A DNA stretch of 64,000 nt from an uncultured Pseudobdellovibrionaceae bacterium (GCA_963803705.1 CAWDNU010000004.1:864001-928000); one strand, 5' to 3'; positions 41,923 through 52,893 are shown, counted from the first letter of the stretch. The notes: a model not told the origin generated them from the sequence alone. Numbers and translations are program-made.

Positions 41923-43104
41923 CTATAACTCGGAAATGAAACTTTGTAGCCGCTCTACAGACTTTCGAATGGTCTTTTCATCGACAGCGAAACTTAAACG
42001 CACAAAATCAGCTTGACCAAAGGACTGACCTGGAACCACAACCACACTTTTTGACTCAAGCAAATGGGAACAGAACTGTTCGCTAGTCCAGTTCATCTTA
42101 GTTAAGATTTTCGATATGTTTAACCAGATGTAAAACGCACCTGTTGCGGAGTGAAATGAAAATTCGGGGATTTCACTTAACAAGCTTTCGAAAAGATTTT
42201 TCCTTTCAACGAGTAATTTCTTTATATTAGGTAAATCTTGATCCATAGATTTAATGGCAGCTTCTGCTGCGGCTTGGGCAATTGAAGAGGGGCAGCCAGT
42301 AGACTGACTCTGAAAGTCGGCCATTGATTTTATCAGTTGCTGGGGGCCAATGGCCCAACCAACTCGCCAGCCTGTCATAGAATATGTTTTGGAAGCTCCG
42401 TTTATACAAATAGTGCGATCGGCAAGCTCGGGAAATTCATCCAACAGGTGCGGTGCTCTAAAAGTTTCAAATGTTAAGTATCCGTAGATGTCATCGCTAA
42501 CAATAACCACCTTAGGGTTCTTATTTAAAACTGTGCCAATGAATGCTAAATCACCTTTTGATAAACACTGACCTGATGGGTTATTGGGTGAATTTAACAA
42601 AAGTATTTTTGTTTTATCAGTGAAGGCGTCTTCAAACTTTTTCTGTAAACCTTTATCCTGCGAAATTCCATCTAGAAGTACGCCGTTCGAGCTTGCGCCG
42701 CAAAGCTCGATCATGGCGGGATAACTGACCCAAAATGGTGATTGCATCACAACTTCATGGCCTGAATCTAGTAAAACCTGGAAAGCAGCAAACAAGCTGT
42801 ATTTTGCCCCAGAGGCTACGCTTACCTGATTAGGTTTGCAGTCCAACCCATAGTCCTCAGTAAACTGAGCGGCGATAGTTTCTTTCAAAGTTGTTGTTCC
42901 TGAAGCTGGGGTATACTTTGTAAGTCCTGCATCAATGGCGGCTTTACCCGCACGACATGCTGACTCGACCGTTGGCCAATCTGGCTCACCCACTGTTAAA
43001 GACAAAATATCTTTACCCTCATCTTTTAAACTTTTAGCTTTAGCTGCTAGTTCTAAAGTTGCAGAAGGCTTCAAGTTTTTTGCTCTTGATGACAGTTCAA
43101 TCAT
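41923..43104 (-). CDS. Class I/II PLP-dependent (aspartate) aminotransferase
   Basis: GEPD, NSPNNPSG, DDIY, SKTYSMTGWRVG. Confidence 0.95.
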   Translation of the reverse strand: MIELSSRAKNLKPSATLELAAKAKSLKDEGKDILSLTVGEPDWPTVESACRAGKAAIDAGLTKYTPASGTTTLKETIAAQFTEDYGLDCKPNQVSVASGAKYSLFAAFQVLLDSGHEVVMQSPFWVSYPAMIELCGASSNGVLLDGISQDKGLQKKFEDAFTDKTKILLLNSPNNPSGQCLSKGDLAFIGTVLNKNPKVVIVSDDIYGYLTFETFRAPHLLDEFPELADRTICINGASKTYSMTGWRVGWAIGPQQLIKSMADFQSQSTGCPSSIAQAAAEAAIKSMDQDLPNIKKLLVERKNLFESLLSEIPEFSFHSATGAFYIWLNISKILTKMNWTSEQFCSHLLESKSVVVVPGQSFGQADFVRLSFAVDEKTIRKSVERLQSFISEL

Positions 43105-43607
43105 ATTTTAGCTCCTATTTTATTTTTTGCTTTTGAAGGGATCCTTGCTTGAATGAGCTTTGCCGTTTGCTCGTTAACAAATTTGTCAATAGGAGCGCCA
43201 AAATGGACCATTTCTTTGATCGTCCTAGAAGATATGTCACGAAACTTTGGTTTGCTACACAGAAGTAGTGTCTCAACATTTGGATCAATTTCTAAATTAA
43301 TATTTGCCAGAGTTTGCTCTTGATGAAAATCCACAGTAGAGCGAACGCCCCTTACAATTGTGCTGGCACCTATTTTTTTCAAGTAATTAACAGTTAATCC
43401 GTCCCACGAATCAACCGTAACACCTTTCATATTTTTTGTGGCTAAAGTTAAAAGCTCTATCCGCTCTTCAACGCTTAGAAATGCTGGCTTTTCAAATGAC
43501 GTAGAAACCAAAACTGTAAGCCCGTCGCAAAGACGAGCTGCTCGTTCAATTATATCGATATGTCCAATTGTAACAGGATCGAAACACCCTGGATATACAG
43601 CTTTCAT
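43101..43607 (-). CDS. coaD: Phosphopantetheine adenylyltransferase
   Basis: YPGCFDPVTIGH, RGVR, ISSRTIKE. Confidence 0.96.
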   Translation of the reverse strand: MKAVYPGCFDPVTIGHIDIIERAARLCDGLTVLVSTSFEKPAFLSVEERIELLTLATKNMKGVTVDSWDGLTVNYLKKIGASTIVRGVRSTVDFHQEQTLANINLEIDPNVETLLLCSKPKFRDISSRTIKEMVHFGAPIDKFVNEQTAKLIQARIPSKAKNKIGAKI

Positions 43608-43682
43608 GACTTGCGGCCTTCAAATTATTAAAACTTATCGTCTCGAAACTATCTCAATAACACAGTAGAAACAATACAGAAC

Positions 43683-44228
43683 TCAAATTTGATCCAACTT
43701 ATAGATCGACAAATGCTTGTCACCATAATTCTTGCGTTTTAAAAGCTTCAAATCCCCATATGAATCCATAATTTTTTCATTTTTTACTGACTCAATACAT
43801 ACGTACTTAACGTCATTACCTATATTCTGTGCAAGTATAGTCAAAACTTGATCCGCCATTTTTTCAGTAAACGGAGGGTCAATAAGAATAATATTTTCGT
43901 TAGTGACTCTGGTTTTTAGAAATTGCAAGACATCCCTTTTAGTGATTTTGTAGCCACTTATTATTTTAAGTTTGTCTAAGTTTTCTTTCAATATAGATAT
44001 CGATTTGGGGTGTGAGTCGACAAAGTGCACACTTTGAACACCTCTAGAGATCGCCTCGATCCCTAGCGAGCCCGTTCCAGAAAAAAGATCCAAGACTTCA
44101 GCATCTTTTAATTGAAACGATATTATGTTGAAGATTGTTTCTTTTACAAAATCGGTCGTCGGGCGAATATGATTGGACTTGAAGGTAACTAGGACATGGC
44201 CCTTAAACTGTCCAGCGATCACTCTCAC
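43683..44228 (-). CDS. rsmD: 16S rRNA m2G966 methyltransferase
   Basis: MRVIAG, RPT, DLFSGTG, EAISRG, DPPF. Confidence 0.95.
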   Translation of the reverse strand: MRVIAGQFKGHVLVTFKSNHIRPTTDFVKETIFNIISFQLKDAEVLDLFSGTGSLGIEAISRGVQSVHFVDSHPKSISILKENLDKLKIISGYKITKRDVLQFLKTRVTNENIILIDPPFTEKMADQVLTILAQNIGNDVKYVCIESVKNEKIMDSYGDLKLLKRKNYGDKHLSIYKLDQI

Positions 44229-44596
44229 TGAGCACTTCCCAAAAAGCCTAAGCAGTGATCAGCAAAAGCAAAAATATCTTCAAAAGGCTTTCTTATAAAG
44301 TCCACTGCACCCATTTTTAGAAACTCCTCTCTAGTACCTCCAGCAGAGTAAGCCGAGATAATAACAATTTTAACATTAGTCTGACTAAGAAAATCTTTAC
44401 TGTCTTTTAGAACCTCAACAGCTCCTTTGTTGGGCATAATAACATCTAAAACTACCAGGTCAGGTTTGAAAGTAGTCCAATGATCTATAGCTTCTTGGCC
44501 ATCGGCACACATTAACACTTCACACTGCTTTTTTTCAAAAACGCGCTTTAAAGTTTTTCGAATCAGCAGTTCATCATCTGCAATTAAAACTTTCAC
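44225..44596 (-). CDS. Single-domain response regulator
   Basis: ADDE, LDVIMP, ISA, KPF. Confidence 0.93.
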   Translation of the reverse strand: MKVLIADDELLIRKTLKRVFEKKQCEVLMCADGQEAIDHWTTFKPDLVVLDVIMPNKGAVEVLKDSKDFLSQTNVKIVIISAYSAGGTREEFLKMGAVDFIRKPFEDIFAFADHCLGFLGSAQ

Positions 44597-46485
44597 TTAA
44601 CACCCACTGGAAATTTAATACACAGTTGAGCCCCCGGTTTCAAGCTATTCATAACAACTATATCTCCGCCAAATTGGCGTATGATTTGTCGCGAAAGAAA
44701 AAGCCCAATTCCAGTGCCTTGGTCTTCTAACTTAGTTGAAAAGAAAGGATCAAAAATTTTATCTTCGATCTCTTTTGGAATTCCAGGTCCAGAATCCCAC
44801 ACGGAAAGATTAGTGTAGTTATTGTCTTGCTCAGCAGAAATTTTGATTGAACCAGAAAAGCACATAGCCTGGCATGAGTTATAAATGATGTTAAAAAGCA
44901 CTTGCTGAACTAAACCTGTGGGGCAAGTTATGGTTTTGTTTTCCAAATTCACAAGCTCGAACCGAATATCTTTTGTTACGCTCTTCATCAAAGTTAAAGT
45001 CTTCGATACGAATGAAGATAGATCAGTACTTGTCAGATTTACTTCTGCGCCAGAAAAATCTTTTAAGTTATTAATAATGTCAAAACATCTAAGTAAGCCG
45101 CTTTGTATTTCGACAAGGTCTTCGTTCAAGGCTTCTGAAGATCCAGACTCAAGAAGCATAAAATCAACTGATGCTCGCATTCCAGTTAACGGATTTGCTA
45201 TTTGATGTATCACCTTATCTACAAGTTGTCCTAGGTACGAAAATTTTTCGGCTTTTATGTATTGAGCACGAAGGTCGTTTATAGACTCGGTGCTAACGTA
45301 ATGATGAATCCAAAGCCTTTGTTCTAGGTTTCTGTCAACATCTACTTGAAAAGAGTGTAAATTGTATTTGTCGTCTAAATTTACGTTTACAGTTTCATCA
45401 GCATTTTCTTCTTGACCTAAAGTTTGCTTAATCGGACATTTTTCGCATGGTCTGTCCCTTTCAAATAATACTTTAAAACAGTTTTGACCTTTCAAACCAG
45501 GGTCTATGTTTGACTTAACTATCTTGTAATATTCATCGATAATTAGCAGTGGGTCATCAAGGCTATCAAACGATGTGGACCACAAAAGTGAATCTCTGAT
45601 TATTTTTTCTTGGTCAAAAAGATAATCTAAAACCATTTTAAAAATGTATTGCAGATAGTTAATATACTTTTGGATACCTACTTGTGCATTATGATCAAAA
45701 TTTGAAAATTCAAAGCCAATGTAATATTCGGCGGTTGTTCCTATAGAGAACAGTTTAAATTCTAAAACTGGTCTAGAAATTATATTGGCCCAAAAGGTCT
45801 TATCTATTTTAGCTATCTGCTCGTCACTGAAGCTATTTTTATTATGCCTAGAATACTTGGAACGGATTTTATACTGTTCACCCGAATCTCTGTAAAATAT
45901 AACTAAATTTTTCACAAAAAACTTTTTAAAGGAATCGACTAAGACTTGATCGAACGATTCAAAGCTTGAAGCCTCGAGCAGGTTTTTCAGTATCAATATT
46001 GACTCTTTCTCAAATGAAACTTGCGCTTCTAATTGATCTTTGTACTGATATAGTTGCCTTGTTTTGTCTTCTACTTCAGAGTTCAAATTTTTGACTTGGT
46101 TTTCAATAAGCAAGTTTTGCGATTTTGCTCTTTGAATAATTTCGGCTTGCCTAAGATTTTTCACTTGCCGATCCTGGGTTGATCTTAAAATACTATAGGT
46201 CTGTTTCAAGCTTAAAAACGAACCGAGTGTTCCCAGAAAATGTGCTGATTGCTTTTGGTCTCTATAAAAATTAGATGAAATCAAGTCTTGGTCGCCCAAC
46301 CAAATTAAATAATCTTTATTATAGTTGGCATTTTTTATTACATCTGCAATAGGTATGATGCTGATGGCATCATCTTTATTCAACTTTGTATCTAATGATT
46401 GGTTGATATTGATATTGGGCTTATTTTCTTTTAAAAGACTTAGCTCTTTAGGGATATCAGAGCTCGACAACCAATGTAAATTCAT
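44593..46485 (-). CDS. Cytoplasmic sensor histidine kinase
   Basis: HQIANPL H-box, N-box, DSGPGI, FFSTK, GTGIGL; PAS-like region with C...CEKCP. Confidence 0.92.
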   Translation of the reverse strand: MNLHWLSSSDIPKELSLLKENKPNININQSLDTKLNKDDAISIIPIADVIKNANYNKDYLIWLGDQDLISSNFYRDQKQSAHFLGTLGSFLSLKQTYSILRSTQDRQVKNLRQAEIIQRAKSQNLLIENQVKNLNSEVEDKTRQLYQYKDQLEAQVSFEKESILILKNLLEASSFESFDQVLVDSFKKFFVKNLVIFYRDSGEQYKIRSKYSRHNKNSFSDEQIAKIDKTFWANIISRPVLEFKLFSIGTTAEYYIGFEFSNFDHNAQVGIQKYINYLQYIFKMVLDYLFDQEKIIRDSLLWSTSFDSLDDPLLIIDEYYKIVKSNIDPGLKGQNCFKVLFERDRPCEKCPIKQTLGQEENADETVNVNLDDKYNLHSFQVDVDRNLEQRLWIHHYVSTESINDLRAQYIKAEKFSYLGQLVDKVIHQIANPLTGMRASVDFMLLESGSSEALNEDLVEIQSGLLRCFDIINNLKDFSGAEVNLTSTDLSSFVSKTLTLMKSVTKDIRFELVNLENKTITCPTGLVQQVLFNIIYNSCQAMCFSGSIKISAEQDNNYTNLSVWDSGPGIPKEIEDKIFDPFFSTKLEDQGTGIGLFLSRQIIRQFGGDIVVMNSLKPGAQLCIKFPVGVK

Positions 46486-46835
46486 TCAATTAAATTTAGC
46501 CCGGAGTCTGCGTACATTGACATGATTTCAAGATCTTGCTCAATAATCACTGTTACAATTTTTTTCTTTACTTGTTGCTTGCTTAAAATTTTAATCTTTG
46601 AATCCTCTATGTCCACAAAATCTATCTCTCTAAATGAGCAAGCTCTTTCAATCAAAATATCAATCTTACTGATTTTTTGTAGAATAACTTCTCTACGGGT
46701 ATAAAAATTTTTGAAATGATTTTGAGTTACTGATTTTTTACGCGCAAGTTTCAAAAATAATTCATTCTGATTTGCAAAATCCTCTAACGCATTATTCTTC
46801 ATTTCTAAAAGGTGAATAATTTCAAGTCCGACCAT
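46482..46835 (-). CDS. Small helical hypothetical protein (possibly FlgN/FliT-like)
   Basis: 117-aa helical ORF with GGGG RBS; family assignment speculative. Confidence 0.5.
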   Translation of the reverse strand: MVGLEIIHLLEMKNNALEDFANQNELFLKLARKKSVTQNHFKNFYTRREVILQKISKIDILIERACSFREIDFVDIEDSKIKILSKQQVKKKIVTVIIEQDLEIMSMYADSGLNLIE

Positions 46836-47379
46836 TTTTACCCCTGTTTAGAATTATTATGCCTGTAAGTGGTTTATTAAAAAGTCTGGATTCGCTTTCT
46901 GGTGCCAATTATAGACTGAGTGTCAGGGACCTTAGGCCGGATTATCAAAAGCCTATTTCGCCAGGTTGACGTTTTAATTCAAGGCCGGCAGAAGTTAAGG
47001 TTCTGTTCTGGACCATTTAACCTTGGAAACCACGGGTAGATTGTTTCTTTTTTGAACTGCATAACTTCAAGTGTATTCATTGCTAAATGAGATTCTGACC
47101 CTCTATAGCCCTAGTGGTATTTAAACAAATGTAGTCGGCGCGACTGAGGTGTCATCCAACCGCAAGAATGACAATATTGCGTCTTGTAAGACTGGTTGAA
47201 ACACTAAACCTTGTGCGGCACGACCAGCATTCGGAACCTGGCACCTGTCCCAATTTGAAACAAATTATCACACAAATTATCTATCACTTTTAAGTGTCTA
47301 ACTTTTAGTGGCCTGGAAACAGACCATGCACAGACATTTGACAGGCTCGCAACCACTTTGCTGTAAGCATATTAAATCA

Positions 47380-47395
47380 TGGCACGTCTACTGCA
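47380..47395 (+). promoter_or_regulatory. Putative sigma54 promoter
   Basis: TGGCAC-GTCTA-CTGCA, ending 36 nt before ATG 47432. Confidence 0.6.
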
Positions 47396-47431
47396 AAAGT
47401 AAGTGTAAATAAACTTTAGCAGTGGGGAGCT

Positions 47432-48553
47432 ATGGATCCATTATTCAGAAATTTTTTACTATTCATATCAGGTTTTGTAATGGCAGTGTTTATTGTCAAA
47501 AATCCTGTGGGCGTAAAAAATATTGGGTCCGATGCTATAGTTTTTGAAGACAGCATTGATCAGATACCTGCAAAATTTGATGAAGGCTCCTTAACTCGTT
47601 TTAGGAAATCAGTTGCTGGCATCAATCCAGGAGCTAGAAAAATCAGAAGTCAGGACGAAAATTACCTAGAGAGCAAATCCTATTATACACCTTCTAGGTC
47701 AGACTTAACTGCTTCTGCCCGCCCGGAAGTTTCAAATGATCAAGTGCCAACTGCACCGCCAACAGGAAGAACTGAGGATGAACAGGATCCTGAAAATAAA
47801 TCAGATGTATCGAGTTCTGATAGCACCGGCTCTCAAACTAACTTTTTTGCCCAGGAAAGCTTTGGAAAAAATAATAATAGGGTAGATGATAAATCAGAAA
47901 AAGATTTAAGTTCAATGGCATCTTTCGCAGGCGCCATTACACCCACCATTGAAACAAGAAACGATAATCTAAATCAGGGTACAAGATCGGGACCTGGCGG
48001 CGCTTCACAGCGTTCACAAGGGCTTGCTGATAAAAATGAACAACTGGGTGTTATACCCGCTGACTTTACTGCTTCAGGTTTACAAACTGCAAAAGCTTTA
48101 CACTCTACAAACAGTATTTCCGAGATAGAATATTTGGATTATCTTAGCCTAGGCTTAAATTCAACAGACACAGCTTTAAAAACCTCTGCCGTTTTTGAAA
48201 CTGTTAGTTTGAAAACTCGAGACGCTTTTACTTTTCAAGCTCAGTTCGCTAACTCTTCGGCCACAAACCTTCAGCTAGCAAGTACTGCCGTATCTGCTCA
48301 GTATAAAACGGTCAATGACTTAAACTTTTTAAGCCAGATGATCTCTGATGAGTCATCCGTCGAAACTCAGCTATGGGCTGTGCGAAGTTTAAATATCGTT
48401 GTTAGTGAATCTACTATGGACTTTAACAATCAGCAGATTAGAGATGCCCTTGTAAACAATGTTTACAATAGCTTAGTAGCATTAGAGTCTGGTCACCCTG
48501 CATTTGACCTGGCAAGAAATATTTCCGCCGATATCAACCAAAAGCTTTCATAA
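47432..48553 (+). CDS. Hypothetical membrane-anchored protein, low-complexity linker plus helical C-domain
   Basis: N-terminal TM, S/T/D/N-rich middle, GGGGAG RBS. Confidence 0.7.
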   Translation: MDPLFRNFLLFISGFVMAVFIVKNPVGVKNIGSDAIVFEDSIDQIPAKFDEGSLTRFRKSVAGINPGARKIRSQDENYLESKSYYTPSRSDLTASARPEVSNDQVPTAPPTGRTEDEQDPENKSDVSSSDSTGSQTNFFAQESFGKNNNRVDDKSEKDLSSMASFAGAITPTIETRNDNLNQGTRSGPGGASQRSQGLADKNEQLGVIPADFTASGLQTAKALHSTNSISEIEYLDYLSLGLNSTDTALKTSAVFETVSLKTRDAFTFQAQFANSSATNLQLASTAVSAQYKTVNDLNFLSQMISDESSVETQLWAVRSLNIVVSESTMDFNNQQIRDALVNNVYNSLVALESGHPAFDLARNISADINQKLS

Positions 48554-48600
48554 ACAGTTTGCAATCTAAGCTATAAGTCCCATATATTCTGATTTAGAAT

Positions 48601-49380
48601 ATGAAAATTATAAAACTTGCTGTCAGTGATTTTAGCCTAAAATTCCTTCTTTTGACTTTTTTGATATCAAGCTTTTTGTCGACTAACTGTTTTGCAGAGG
48701 CTTTGCCGTCAATGCTGACAAAAAAGCAAAGAAAAGAAACCCTACCCTATTTTTCTACTTCGTACGCCCAGAACTTGACCACGCGGCCTTATTTTGTGGG
48801 AAGCTATCCCGGTCTAGAAGTTGGAGGCTCCATTGGTTATAGAAGCTTATCAGATGTTCAAAATGATTTTCCAACCGACGAAGTAAGAGACGAAATTATT
48901 TTTACACAAATTTTTATAAAGAAGTCCCTCGTTCATAGGTTAGAACTTTCCTTCTCGTCCACGGTCACTTCCTTAGGCACAACCCAATTGTCGGGTTTTG
49001 GAGGAATGTTAACTTGGCACCCATATAGTCTAAACCGGTTTAATTTTTTACCCATCCTATCTATTTACACAAATTATATGAACTTCGAAGACAGCCTAAC
49101 CTATCAGGAAACAGGCCTACAACTGAGTGTCGGCCATAATTTACCAAATATGTCTTTTACAGGTGGTCTAAGCTTAAGCCAATTTAGCGCTAGATTCTCG
49201 GGATCGAGTCAGGGTAGGCAAATAACAGCCTCTGGCGAATCTGAAAAAGAGACAGTTATTCTTCCGACATACTTTGCCACTTTCAGCTTTGAAGTGAATC
49301 GATATATTTTCTCTTTGACGCAAAATTTCACAGTTCAATCGGGCTGGAACCCAATTTTGACAACTTCATATCAATTCTAA
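48601..49380 (+). CDS. Hypothetical outer-membrane beta-barrel protein
   Basis: Signal peptide, alternating beta-strands, terminal SYQF. Confidence 0.65.
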   Translation: MKIIKLAVSDFSLKFLLLTFLISSFLSTNCFAEALPSMLTKKQRKETLPYFSTSYAQNLTTRPYFVGSYPGLEVGGSIGYRSLSDVQNDFPTDEVRDEIIFTQIFIKKSLVHRLELSFSSTVTSLGTTQLSGFGGMLTWHPYSLNRFNFLPILSIYTNYMNFEDSLTYQETGLQLSVGHNLPNMSFTGGLSLSQFSARFSGSSQGRQITASGESEKETVILPTYFATFSFEVNRYIFSLTQNFTVQSGWNPILTTSYQF

Positions 49381-49392
49381 ATTTAAGGTAGG

Positions 49393-50220
49393 TTAAATTT
49401 TTTCTCCGTGTAGCTCTAATCCTGAAAAATAGACTAGCAGGTCCTTATTAAAAAAATGTGACAAAATCGGGAACAATACAAACCCGGAAATAAAAATAAC
49501 GAAAGTACGAATAAAAACTCGCAGAGGATAAGTAGCTTTATCTTGATCACATAGGGAACCCAAATGTAAATGATACATCCACTCGCCTATTGTGCGTCCG
49601 AAAAAACATCTGGCAACAATAAGGTACAAAAAACCTATGGATAAGGTGAGAGCAAAAAACTGACTTTTCAAAGCCCCGTTGTAAGGCATTGCTAAAATCA
49701 CGTCCGTTAAACTTTTCCCTGTAGATGCAAAGTACAATGTAGAAAAAATCATACATAAAGAAATCAACGTTAACACATCCATCATAATAGCTAACAATGA
49801 TGGCTTGATGGGTTTTGAGTTGTCTTTTCTTATACCGTCATGGCCAGAAAACCTTAAAGTGACGACTTCTACAGGTGAACTCACTTTTTTGGGCACATAG
49901 AACGGATTATCAACAACTGTTGGATTAGAAAAAGTGTCTCGGTCAACGACGCCATCTTCTTTGGGCGCTAAGCCTAAATCGATATCTCCGCCCCAAGAAT
50001 TTTGATTTTTAACAACTTTTTTTTTGGGCTCTTTAAGTTCATCCCCAAACTGGTCACTAAGGTCAAAACTTGGGTAAGTGGGCTTTGTTATTTCTGCTTT
50101 TGAATGTGGAGCAGCGAAATCCAAGTTATCAGCTTCGAACCTAACTTTCTTCTGATGGAAACCCAGTCCCGAAGACAAGGGTTTAAAGTCAATATTTTCA
50201 TCAAGCTCACTATCCTTCAT
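49393..50220 (-). CDS. RDD-family membrane protein
   Basis: C-terminal TMs with D...GRTIGE...R pattern; N-terminal FKPLSSGLGFH. Confidence 0.7.
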   Translation of the reverse strand: MKDSELDENIDFKPLSSGLGFHQKKVRFEADNLDFAAPHSKAEITKPTYPSFDLSDQFGDELKEPKKKVVKNQNSWGGDIDLGLAPKEDGVVDRDTFSNPTVVDNPFYVPKKVSSPVEVVTLRFSGHDGIRKDNSKPIKPSLLAIMMDVLTLISLCMIFSTLYFASTGKSLTDVILAMPYNGALKSQFFALTLSIGFLYLIVARCFFGRTIGEWMYHLHLGSLCDQDKATYPLRVFIRTFVIFISGFVLFPILSHFFNKDLLVYFSGLELHGEKI

Positions 50221-50285
50221 TTTTTCCTCTAATAAACTTTTTATCCTTGTAACTCTTAGATAGCTGAAAGCTAAAACTTAGGGCT

Positions 50286-51104
50286 TCAAAATAAGTCATA
50301 TTTATACTTTAAAACGGACACGATTGACACGCAAGCTGTTTCAACTCTTAAAACTTGCTCTCCCAGGGATAAAGAAGGCACTCCAAAATCCTTGAACATT
50401 TTATTTTCTAATTCTGAAAAGCCGCCTTCTGAACCAATGAAAACCCACAGATTGTTGATCTGTGAATCATCTGGATTTTGCTTATCCATGTAAGAACTTA
50501 AACTTTGGGCACGACCTTCATAAAAAGCCAATACCCTTGTTGTTTTAAAATCAAACTCTTTTGTGGAAGTCTCAAGCACTTGCTGCAACGACTGAGTCGG
50601 TTGAATAATCAACTCCTCAGCTCTTGCACTTTGCTGGCACGCTGAGGTAACTATTTTTCTTAATCGCTGGGACTTTTCTCCTATTTTATCTTTAGATTTA
50701 AAAAAGCTGAAGTCCGAATAAAATGGGGTGATGCTAAATACACCTAATTCAACGATCTTTTCTACTACAGACTCTAGTGTTTTTAATTTGGGTAAAGATA
50801 AAGCTAGGTGGATGTGGGGCTTGGGCAATACAGGAATTGACCTTTTAGAAAGCACATCAACCACCATAGTGTGTCTGAATATATCGATGACTTTAACATG
50901 ATATAAGAAGGCTTTTTTGCTAGCAGCTTCAGGCTTATCTGACAGGCCATGCTTTGAAAGCTTTGTTGATCTTAGTGCCGGTAACAGCTCAAATTCGCTG
51001 CCAATACCTTGTCTGCAGACTGTATGAACGTGTTTAAATAGGTCGCCAGAGACTGCGAAGGGTACTCCAATTTCCAAATCATCGTCCACCCAATATCTTC
51101 TCAT
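50286..51104 (-). CDS. rsmE: 16S rRNA m3U1498 methyltransferase
   Basis: ELGV, ACQQSAR, IGSEGGF, LGEQVLRVETA. Confidence 0.95.
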   Translation of the reverse strand: MRRYWVDDDLEIGVPFAVSGDLFKHVHTVCRQGIGSEFELLPALRSTKLSKHGLSDKPEAASKKAFLYHVKVIDIFRHTMVVDVLSKRSIPVLPKPHIHLALSLPKLKTLESVVEKIVELGVFSITPFYSDFSFFKSKDKIGEKSQRLRKIVTSACQQSARAEELIIQPTQSLQQVLETSTKEFDFKTTRVLAFYEGRAQSLSSYMDKQNPDDSQINNLWVFIGSEGGFSELENKMFKDFGVPSLSLGEQVLRVETACVSIVSVLKYKYDLF

Positions 51105-51167
51105 GAAATCCTCGTAGTGAAATGCTAAGCGAAGATCGAAACTAATTAGTTTTAGCCGTCGCAGTTT

Positions 51168-52040
51168 TTATCTCTTTAGTACGTAACCATGCCAAATATC
51201 GTTTTTATAGGCACTGACTATCTTAAGGCCTAAGCTTTCGATAAATTTTTGTCTAAAATTTTCGTTTCGTTCTTCTAAAATGCCAGACACAATCAATGTT
51301 GTTGTAAAACTATTAGAAATACTTTTTTTCAAGTCGATTAAAACGCCATCGATGATATTTGCTACTACCAGTGAAAATCTACTATCAGTATTAACGACAA
51401 ACCTTTCATCTTCGACCTTTATTTTAGATATCTGATTAAGTGCAAAGTTTTCCAGACATTTTTCCCTGGCCATCGGATCTATTTCTGCTGCCACTCCTGC
51501 CTGAATTCCCCTTTGATACATCATTATACTAAGTATACCTGTACCGGCGCCTAAATCCAGAAAGCTATTATAAGTGCCTGCTACCAGCGTCTCATCGATC
51601 ATCTTAGCCATCATCTGCGTAGTTGGGTGGGTACCGGTGCCGAATGCTAGGCCTGGGTTTATCTTGATTTGTTTTCCTGCTGGCACATCTGCACTCAACC
51701 ACATTGGCACGACCCAATGACCAGGAACAATTTCAAAAATTTTGTAATGTTTTTTCCACTCTGCAATCCAGTCCCTTTGAAGCTCTTCTTTAACTTCTAC
51801 ACTCTTACAGAAATTTTTTAAAATCAGTAACTGTTCAGCTTCAATAGGTTTTTCAAAATAAGCGACCAGGGTCACTAGGTCAGTGTTTTTGATAATTGGT
51901 TCAAAATTCGCTGCGGTCTGAACAAAATCTAGCTTTTGACTGACGCCGCTTGCACCCAAATCAAAAAGAAAAGAGGACACTAAGTCCTCTTCTGCATTTA
52001 TTACTCCGTGAACAAGTATTTCAAAATAAGTCGACATCAT
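51168..52040 (-). CDS. prmA: Ribosomal protein L11 methyltransferase
   Basis: DWIAEWKKHY, PGLAFGTGTHPTT, DLGAGTGIL, ANI, SGI. Confidence 0.93.
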   Translation of the reverse strand: MMSTYFEILVHGVINAEEDLVSSFLFDLGASGVSQKLDFVQTAANFEPIIKNTDLVTLVAYFEKPIEAEQLLILKNFCKSVEVKEELQRDWIAEWKKHYKIFEIVPGHWVVPMWLSADVPAGKQIKINPGLAFGTGTHPTTQMMAKMIDETLVAGTYNSFLDLGAGTGILSIMMYQRGIQAGVAAEIDPMAREKCLENFALNQISKIKVEDERFVVNTDSRFSLVVANIIDGVLIDLKKSISNSFTTTLIVSGILEERNENFRQKFIESLGLKIVSAYKNDIWHGYVLKR

Positions 52041-52482
52041 CTGCAACCCTATTTTTTAACACTTCAAAGACAGGGAACTGAACTTGCAACTTTTGATTTG
52101 CCATAATGAACTGATATCCAATTCTGTCTTTTTGATTAATAACAATAGGAGCTTTCAAATTTGCCGTCATACCTTCAGCTTCTGATGTTACCCGAACGAT
52201 ACAGTAGAAGTCAGCGACTTCGAGTTCCTCTAGAGCTAACTTCTGGCGATCGGCAGCTGTTAGCGCAAGCTTGTCAGTTTCTGTTATAAATCCCGCTTCA
52301 ATTACTGGAAAGGCGACTTCTTTCTTGTCGCAACTCTGCAGCCATACAAAAACGTCATCAGTGGGATCACTTACAAATATAAATTTTTTAAAATGAGAAA
52401 AGCCAAGTAGACCTTCCGGAAAGATTACAACTTCATCTAACGGGACACTAACTGGTCCCACCACTGTGTTTATATCAAGCAT
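52021..52482 (-). CDS. fliW: Flagellar assembly factor / CsrA antagonist FliW
   Basis: FPEGLLGF, WLQS, TANLKAPIVIN. Confidence 0.94.
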   Translation of the reverse strand: MLDINTVVGPVSVPLDEVVIFPEGLLGFSHFKKFIFVSDPTDDVFVWLQSCDKKEVAFPVIEAGFITETDKLALTAADRQKLALEELEVADFYCIVRVTSEAEGMTANLKAPIVINQKDRIGYQFIMANQKLQVQFPVFEVLKNRVADDVDLF

Positions 52483-52650
52483 GGAATTCCCCCTCCAACG
52501 TTGATTTATTTTCTTAAAATACCTTAAGTCCCCTAACTAAAATATCCCACCATAAAAGATCTTAAAGTGCCACCAGCGGTGTAGATACGCGTCATACCTA
52601 TTTCAAAAGGCTTACAATGGGCTCCAAATAGTGCTTAAATATTGGGCTAA

Positions 52651-52893
52651 CTAAGGCTTAGATTTTGACTCTTTTAATGCCTGAGAGGCTTTTCGAATTT
52701 GTTCGATGTCTGCCTGTGACGATTTGATGTTTTCGTCTTGGATTGAAGAATAGACTTCTTCTCGGTGTATTTTTGTTTCTCTAGGAGCTTCAATACCTAG
52801 TCTAACTTGCTTGCCCTTCAACTGGACAACCGTAATCTTGATATTGTCGTCAATAGTGATTGATTCTCCAACTTTCCTTGTCAGAACTAGCAT
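52651..52893 (-). CDS. csrA: Carbon storage regulator CsrA
   Basis: [14 protein letters not shown]...VRLGIEAP...IHREE; C-terminal extension typical of FliW-controlled CsrA. Confidence 0.97.
   Translation of the reverse strand: MLVLTRKVGESITIDDNIKITVVQLKGKQVRLGIEAPRETKIHREEVYSSIQDENIKSSQADIEQIRKASQALKESKSKP

Noticed and set aside
46900..46975. c-di-GMP-I riboswitch-like fragments (CCTGGCGAAATAGG, TCCGGCCTAAGG) on the minus strand
   Set aside because: Lacks the conserved GACGCAAA junction and 3' strand; needs an Infernal scan
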